Shown here piece by piece: positions 57,027-63,951 of a stretch of 63,951 nt of DNA. The notes under the pieces are model-generated. The model worked only from the letters and a program-made list of their open reading frames with translations, was not told the origin of the DNA and did no database searches. Position numbers and translations under genes: made by a program. This stretch comes from Psammoneis japonica (Eukaryota). How positions within the stretch are numbered: position 1 is the first letter of the stretch; each line of letters opens with the position of its first letter. Location of the stretch: the NCBI GenBank assembly GCA_008632985.1, contig QPGO01000126.1, positions 62,050-126,000 of the forward strand, written 5' to 3'.

Positions 57027-57286
57027 GGCCTGTTCCAGCTCCAGGTGCTCCGCGCGGGTTCGATTCCCATCATTTGGAAATTTGTGCATTCAGCGCAATT
57101 GACTTTTTCCAAATCCGTTTTTTGCCAAATCGAAGGGTGAGTGTGCACTTTACATGTGTTTTCGGGTGTACACTCACCTTTCGATTTTCGAAAAGATCAA
57201 AACTGAAGGAGTTAATTGCGCCAAACTGCGCAGAAAATCGGCCTCTCGCGTGATGAAAAGCAGAGCACCTGGAGCTGGAACAGGCC
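57027..57286. mobile_element. MITE (260 bp) with perfect 24-bp TIRs
   Basis: ggcctgttccagctccaggtgctc (57027-57050) / gagcacctggagctggaacaggcc (57263-57286); TTGT on both flanks; GGCC terminus resembles PIF/Harbinger. Confidence 0.8.
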
Positions 57287-59831
57287 TTGTGCTGTTCATG
57301 CACAGTCCTGTGGCAACTTTCATGTGAACGTTCCTTCGGCTGCAAGTTTCTCAGCATGTTTCCCTTCTTTTTGCAGAGTGCCGCTGCACAACAACCTCAA
57401 AGTCTCATGCATGGTTCTTGCTCCCTGTGAACATCAAACGCCATTGTGTGACATGTGCAAAGAGTGATTTTGCATTGCCCCCGGGCTGCCGCATGTGAAA
57501 ATGTGCAGGCCAGTCTCCCACCACCATTTGGCAAACATCCAGCTGCACAGGTGGCTCTTTGCACAACATGTGGGATTTGTGCTGGAACTTGTGCAGAAGT
57601 CAATGAGGACACAACTCCATTTGACAAGGACAAGCAGAAAGCATGGTCCACTTTGGTGCAAATTTTGTGAGAACTGAGGAGGAATCCCCCTTGTTTCCTC
57701 CATTCATCACCAGTGACCAGCGGAGGAAAAGCAACATTTTTCACATTGGCAATGACTTGTGGCAACAACAGTGTCAGAAAAAACAGCCAATCCTTTTGAG
57801 CCTTCGCCTCCAATGCCACAGCAAGGCACAGATCAAAGCAGTCAATTTCAAGCCTGTTGTGGGAAGCCAGAAAATGCTTCTTGTGAATCATCAATTTTCA
57901 ACAAATGGTTTGCACTGCTTTGCGTGCATGAGCACATGCTGGGACAATCTGGTGGGGATGCTGAATGGCCAAAACCACTTGGTGAGCATTGTCAGATGTT
58001 CCAGAAGACAGCACCTTTTCTCTCGGTTTGCTGCAAAAAAGGTGAAAGACAGAGAATCAAAGCTCCCGCAGTTCAGCAAATCACCGACACTTGTGACAGC
58101 AGTGGCACAGAGAGAACAGTCATTTTGTTGGTGGGGAGACAGAAAAAATCCAAGCAGATGCACCACAAAAAAGAGCTTGCACACAAACAGTCTGCACTCC
58201 TCTTTCAAAGAACCTGCCAGAAAGGTTTGAGCCATTTGAACACAAGCAGACAAGCTTGAAATGCAGCTGTGTTGGAATTGGCAGCCAACAGGTGACACAT
58301 CCGAGTGCCCAATCCTCTGCCAAATCAAGAAATCAGAAAAAAACAAGCTTCCACTCACCAGGTGCAGCGCTGTTTCCATTGCAGTTTGAGAGCCGCAAAG
58401 GTCCACACATCACAACCGCAAGGCACATTGAGAACAGGGCACTGCAATGGCAAGCACACCAAATGGCTGCAATGCTGGAGATGTGCCAACAGCAGCAAAC
58501 TTGAACATTGGAAAGTGACAGTGAAAATGCACTCATTCAGACTATGACCTTGGCACTGACCCCAAGTTTCCCAGTTGGTGATGTGCATTTGAGCTGTGGC
58601 ACAAAAGAAAACACACAAAAGTCTTTCTTTTTTTGCCTCCTGAGTTGCAATGGCAGTCACAAGAGTTGCAGCAGCAGTCCCAAAAGTTGTGTCAGAAACA
58701 ATGCCACAGAGATGAGCTCTCTGGGACAAAAGGGATGACTGAAATGCAACAAAATCGTGACTGGCTGCTCCACTGCTGCCACAACTCCCATGCTGCACAG
58801 CTGCTCCAGCACCACCTGGCTGCAAAACTTTGATGGCCCAAACCACATTTTAGGGCAGGCAAACCCTCCTGTTGCAATGGAAATTCAGGTCTGGGGTGGT
58901 TGAAAGCACTTCCTCCATCCTTGGAAGTGCCAGTCAATGCCTTGGCACCAGCGAGCAACTCCTTGGCTCTCGTTGGCCATCTCAACACTCAGAGGTGGGG
59001 GGGAGCCACCGGCATCCCAGGTCACATGAACACCACTGCAGAAAAAGTGCTGCGCTGCAACTGGTGACCTCAGCAGCTGCCCATGACTTTTGGAGACAAG
59101 GGCAACCTTGTCTGCTGCTTGCACATGGATTTTTCCACAAGTGGCAGATTGCCAATCATGCATCAATGATGCCAGTGGCACCACCATGCTCATCTCAACA
59201 CCAACAACTTCTTGAAAGACCATGACTCCAAGCACTTTTGCAGATGCTGGCATGGAGGAGTGGGGCAGTGGCGGCAAGAAAGTGAAACAGCCAATGGCGC
59301 TCACGAGGCTGGTCATTTTGGCACTGTCAGAAGGGGCTGCAGTCATTGCTCTTCTGCAAATTGAGGTTCTGCACTCAACAATCTGTCCCACACAAACAGA
59401 AATTGAAACATGCAAGTTGTGAGAATGGAGCCCTGCCAGCAGCAACATCAACAGAAGGGAGCTTTCATCCATTTTTGGATTTTCACCACTTGTCAGCAAA
59501 AAATTGCAGAATGTCAAGTTGAAGCACAACAATCTCTTGTCACTCATTGACTTGGTGGAGACCCACAGCAAGGCCAGTCATGCCTGAAAGGTTGCTGAAA
59601 TGGACCAGACCAGAAAGACGAGGTGCCGCCTCCACCAAATCCAATGAATTTGCCGCAAAGGCCGCCACTCTGCAGGACAATGCTGGACCATGATGTGTGC
59701 CATGTGCAGTTGTGTCCAAGACCCTGGAAGCATCAGCATCACCTCATGCAATGGACTCTAGACTTAACTAAACTGGGAGATTTGATCTAGATTCAACTGT
59801 CGGGACATGCATGTGCAATGGAGTTGTCACT

Positions 59832-60865
59832 TCACGCAAAGTTCTTGGTCTTGACTTCATCAATGCTGTGCAATGCAAGACACAGGTCAACTTCAAGGGA
59901 TTTGTTTCCTGAATGCTCTTGCAAACACTTCGGCTTCTTTGGCACAACTTCAGTCTTCATGGTCAGAGCGTGGCCACAACAGATGTCTTCTCTGTTTGTC
60001 GAGACAGCAAAATGATCTTCCAGTGCATCGGGGCATTCCTCTGATGGCAGCGGACAGTCAAGGTCACTGGGCAGCTCTTTGACCTGAAACGAGTTTCCAT
60101 CATCATCCGTGGCATTGGCAAAGTTGACATTGTTGTTCTTCCAAAACTCTGCTGCATCCTTGTGGGACTTCATGTTGCTTTTCTTCGGGCCCATGTCAAA
60201 GACACAGTCAACACAGATTGTGCCATCGGCCTCTTTCTTCCACACGAAACAGACGCATGCAAAAGCAGCTCCCACTGCATTGCATTTGTAGATCTTCAGT
60301 CCAATTGCACAGTGGAGGTTTGGCCAACCCAACATGAGCCCGTGCACGTGCTTTGCCAGAGAAAGAGGATCTCTGTTGGAGAGTTCTGCCTCAATGACAA
60401 TCCGTGGTTCCGATTCTCCCACTTCTAGAGCCACTCTTACGGCCTTGTCGGGATTCACACATCTTTCCAGATGAACATCACTGTCTTCTAGAGTGACCTC
60501 ACCAATTTCTTCGTGTCCGCCAGCCGCCGTGATTTTGGGATCAAGCCTGCAGTTCATGCCTTTGGCACAATCACGGAGCTGTGCACCAAGTTCACAGTCA
60601 AGGCAAATTCGTGGCCCTTGTTGGGAACCTTGCGAATCCAAGTGTCCCAAAGCATGGCGCCATTGTCACTCTTGACAAGAACAATGCCATTGGGGCAATG
60701 GCAGTGACAGCCGCCCGTGTCATGAAGAAGGATGTTTTTGTAGAATGGAACATCATGACATGCATCATCGTTGAACTTCTCTGCAAAATCACGGCAAGCC
60801 TTCAAAAACTTTTCTGGCTCCAAGTACGTTCCGCCCGCGTCACGCGGCTCGTGATGATTCTTCAT
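59832..60865 (-). pseudogene. Crinkler-like / Uma2-type PD-(D/E)xK nuclease pseudogene
   Basis: PNKGHE...NPDKAV...PRIVIEAELSN...L..HV...WPNLHCAIGLKIY; split between ORFs 60554-60865 and 59832-60650; Tyr-poor and Cys/His-rich. Confidence 0.6.
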
Positions 60866-61202
60866 CGCCGCCCCATTGCTGCATTGTTTTTCACGTCATG
60901 GTTGGTCGCAGCCGAAGCGCAGCCGCTCCGCCGTTTCCGATTGCGAGGAAAACACGCCGCGGTTGATGTTGTTGAAGGGAAATTTCTCGGGGTGACGTCA
61001 GAATTTGTACCAGGACATTCACGTACAATTCTACGAAAAAATTTCCCGGGTTCAACCACGAACGACCCACTCGCGGCTCACATTTCCTTTCCATTCGTTC
61101 ACGATTGACGAACGCATCGGCATTTTGCCATGTCATTCATATTTTTGGCAGAGTACTTAAGCATTTCCGCACTCAAGTGACTCCTGCAAAAGTTGTAGCA
61201 CC

Positions 61203-63197
61203 ATGACGACGACGAGAACAGAGCTGGATCAGCTCAGAGACCTCTTTGAAGACAGGCCCGAAGCCGAATTGAAATCGATTCTCGATCGACACGGCGGCGA
61301 CGTGAACAGCGCCGTCGAGGCCATTTGCAACGGCGAACAAGGCGTTGGTTCGTTTCCTCATGTTGATGCGGCTGCAAAGAACAAGACGAAAAACGAAGAA
61401 ACAAAGGGCTATCTCCCCCCGAAAATCAGTGGGTACCGGCGTAAAGATGAACCCGCCAGCGGCACGGCCCAGAGCAATGCTCAAGACTTTGGAGGTGTTG
61501 GTCAGTTTGGATCGCTCTCTTCGAATTCGAGGAGAAAACCACATCGCCGACGTGGTGCAGAAGAAGTCGACGATGATGGTTCTATGCCTCCCTCCATGGC
61601 GGGTACAGCCTCTGTCACCACCACATCTTCTGCGTCTACGAGTGAAACAGAGACGATGTCAGCTGCTGCCATGAGCGGAGCGACGGGCGGAGATGTAGCT
61701 GGTAGCACTGCGAATAGATCTGCACCAGTGGAAGAAGTGGGAGCTTTTGCTATTCCTGGTATAGGCGTTTCCTCAGAGTCCGCTCAAGGGCAATCTGTTC
61801 CTGTTCAAGGCCATGCCAATGCTAGTCACAATTCGGTGCAAGAAGGCGCTACAGTTGTCGCGAGTGCCGTTGTCCGAGATGATCTTGCAGACGATATTCG
61901 AGCCGAGTTGCGATCAGAGTTTCGTGAAGAGCTACGAAACATGGCTGCCGGTGCTGCTCCCATTGCATCGGCCGAAGTGGTTGGGAGTGCTGCCCCCATT
62001 ACATCGGCCGAAGTAATTGTACCACAACGTGGTGACGAAGAGACGGGAACGTCTCACTTGACGGGTGACACAACGCCACCGAAAAAGCCATTCTGGAAGT
62101 CCAAGTGGCTGTGGGTTGCCGCGACTGTGTTGCTACTTGGCGCCGTTGGAGGCCTTGTCGGTGCAATGTTTGGTTCGCAAGGTGATAGCACTAGCCAAAC
62201 CAGCAATGTTGGCGGTGGTGCAGGAGCCAGCGGTATCACCAATGCACCCTCTGTTGCACCTCCACCAACAACTCCGGCTCCCTTTGTCACGTTCGGTCCG
62301 GCTCCCACGCTTCCAAGCGGTAGTCCGGCTCCCACGCTTCCAATCGGCAGTCCGGCTCCCACCCTCCCAATCGGCAGTCCCGCTCCCACCCTTTCAGTCG
62401 GCCAGACAACTGCAACCCCAACAATTGCGCCAGTCGACGACACGCCAGCTCCAACCCCGATTCCCGCAACGGATCCTCCCGTGGAAGGTCCTACGCCACC
62501 ACCGACACCGCGTCCTTCGCCGAAACCAACGGGAAATCCAACTCGACGACCTACCGACAACCCAACTCCTCGGCCTACAGAGCAGAGAAGGACTCCCTGT
62601 ACCGACGAATACGGCAGTGATATCTTGGTTTGCAGCGAAACTCCAACCGAATGTTTGTTTTATGTCAAGTTGGGTGGAAGAAGCTGCAGGGACTACTGCT
62701 CTTCTCAGGGAGGCTCGTGCTTGTTTGGTATAGCAAATGATAGGGACGACCTGTGCAAGAACATTGGTGCGAACTCATGCGACGAAGGTTTCAATGATAA
62801 TCTATGCATTTGCACCTTGGGAGATGCCGGCGAACCCCCGACTCGAAACCCTACTCGCAGACCTACTTCAAATCCCACCCGTCGTCCCGTGGACAACGAG
62901 ACTCCTAGACCAACACCCCGGCCATCTCCACGTCCTACTGACAAGCAAGAGGAGGAAGAGAAAGATTGCAAGGACAAGTATGGCAGCGGGATCAAGGTTT
63001 GCAACGAAAGGTCGTCGGAATGCACTTTTTTTGTTGTACTGAACGATAAGAGCTGTGACGACTACTGCGAAGATCGCGGAGGCAGGTGCCGATCTGCGGA
63101 GGGGAACAAGGACGAGGGTGACGGCCGATGCGTTGGTGAAAATTCGCACAGTTGCAGTGCTGGTCGAAGGGACACAATCTGCACTTGCACATTGTAG
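61203..63197 (+). CDS. Type II membrane protein: CUE-like domain, TM, Pro/Thr stalk, two Cys-rich domains (paralogue of 50216-51847)
   Basis: LRDLFEDRPEAELKSILDRHGGDVNSAVEAI; GAFAI; KKPFWKSKW plus TM; 4 x 27-bp GSPAPTLP repeat at about 62294-62397; duplicated Cys domain. Confidence 0.85.
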   Translation: MTTTRTELDQLRDLFEDRPEAELKSILDRHGGDVNSAVEAICNGEQGVGSFPHVDAAAKNKTKNEETKGYLPPKISGYRRKDEPASGTAQSNAQDFGGVGQFGSLSSNSRRKPHRRRGAEEVDDDGSMPPSMAGTASVTTTSSASTSETETMSAAAMSGATGGDVAGSTANRSAPVEEVGAFAIPGIGVSSESAQGQSVPVQGHANASHNSVQEGATVVASAVVRDDLADDIRAELRSEFREELRNMAAGAAPIASAEVVGSAAPITSAEVIVPQRGDEETGTSHLTGDTTPPKKPFWKSKWLWVAATVLLLGAVGGLVGAMFGSQGDSTSQTSNVGGGAGASGITNAPSVAPPPTTPAPFVTFGPAPTLPSGSPAPTLPIGSPAPTLPIGSPAPTLSVGQTTATPTIAPVDDTPAPTPIPATDPPVEGPTPPPTPRPSPKPTGNPTRRPTDNPTPRPTEQRRTPCTDEYGSDILVCSETPTECLFYVKLGGRSCRDYCSSQGGSCLFGIANDRDDLCKNIGANSCDEGFNDNLCICTLGDAGEPPTRNPTRRPTSNPTRRPVDNETPRPTPRPSPRPTDKQEEEEKDCKDKYGSGIKVCNERSSECTFFVVLNDKSCDDYCEDRGGRCRSAEGNKDEGDGRCVGENSHSCSAGRRDTICTCTL

Positions 63198-63951
63198 TAT
63201 TTTACTGCTACGCCGGGGGTTCGCTCTAGATAGAGACAAAATTTAGAATTTTTTTTTTTATGTTTTGTGGTAAACGTATTGTGGTCCTACTTTTGGCTTT
63301 TGGCATTGAAGGTTGAAATTGTCTTTGGCCAATGGCCATGCTTGCGGTTGGAGGACTTGAAAATAGATCGCAACGAAACAATGCTCAAAATGCTAGAGGC
63401 AATGTCTTTCTCCATGGTCTCGTGGGTCCTTTTTCAGTAGGGCCCTATGTTGTCTGGAAGGGTGTCTAGGAGCTTCGTTCAAAAACGGATCCAGGTACCT
63501 CTCTTTCTCAGGGGCGGGACGCACCGATGAGCGATAGCGAGGGGGGTTGAAAAAGCACGAATTTGTGCGAAGAATTTTGAAAATTTGAGTGGGATGGCTG
63601 GCGCGTATCGTTAAGTTCTACTTCAAGTTGCGTATCGTACGACTAGCATAGAGTACGTAGATTTCTACGGAACACCCGACAAATTCGTGAGCGGTTTGCG
63701 GCTGCGGTTCGCGGGCTTTTCTTGCCGCGTTCCGTGACTTCCGTGATTGCCCATTACATATCCATTATTCTCAATTCACGACAGTGAATAGGATAGCCTC
63801 TCTAAGAGCTAGGTTCTATCATTATCTCGGTCCAAGCAGTACCCCCTTGTCGTCAGAAACAAGCCTGAATGTTACAATGTCGGCATCATCGCCAAGCCCT
63901 CAGCATAGTGACAAACAAGCCATTGATGGTTCGAAGGATATACACTTTGAC

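Larger units (their letters stand above)
56800..61000. other. TpA/CpG-depleted island E
   Basis: TA nearly absent over about 4.2 kb; surviving cluster at 59757-59791 is all YTAR (TCTAGA, TTAA, CTAA, CTAG); CG kept toward 60300-61000. Confidence 0.88.

Noticed and set aside
57027..57070. tRNA gene suggested by GGTTCGATTCCC
   Set aside because: No cloverleaf, anticodon arm or acceptor pairing; lies inside a MITE
1..63951. Islands as classic fungal RIP or as bacterial/viral contamination
   Set aside because: RIP increases TpA and AT content, the opposite of what is seen; the islands grade into host genes and contain eukaryotic MITEs and CRN relics

Overview
Eukaryotic nuclear DNA from a diatom, probably pennate. 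The evidence is an ATP sulfurylase with a bipartite ASAF plastid presequence, a DUF6824 protein, diatom-type LRR proteins and short GT-AG introns. The window alternates between two compartments. (1) Ordinary gene-dense blocks with about 20 genes: 2 LRR proteins, a DEG/ENaC channel, a giant W-acidic-repeat coiled-coil protein, CDP-DAG synthase, ATP sulfurylase, a PWWP-like protein with five MBD-like repeats, 2 tandem lumenal kinases, a PILS-like carrier, GST, DUF6824, NAD+-dependent DNA ligase, PUB-UBX, 2 CUE/TM/Pro-rich/Cys-rich paralogues, a MYND protein, a heme-thiolate peroxygenase and an alpha/beta hydrolase. (2) Five islands (about 1-2500, 6430-17850, 35530-36330, 41900-43700, 56800-61000; roughly a third of the window) in which TpA is almost erased, CpG is depleted in the cores, and TpG/CpA are in excess. 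The islands hold MITEs, Crinkler-type NTPase/REase pseudogenes and other decayed genes whose Tyr codons appear converted to Cys/His. Surviving TA sites are mostly YTAR, and TA loss extends beyond CpG loss. This points to a regionally targeted, RIP-like A-to-G hypermutation process acting at TAY, which is the most notable observation. Several frameshifts in otherwise intact genes, some at homopolymer runs, are probably assembly errors. All counts were made by eye; no searches were run.
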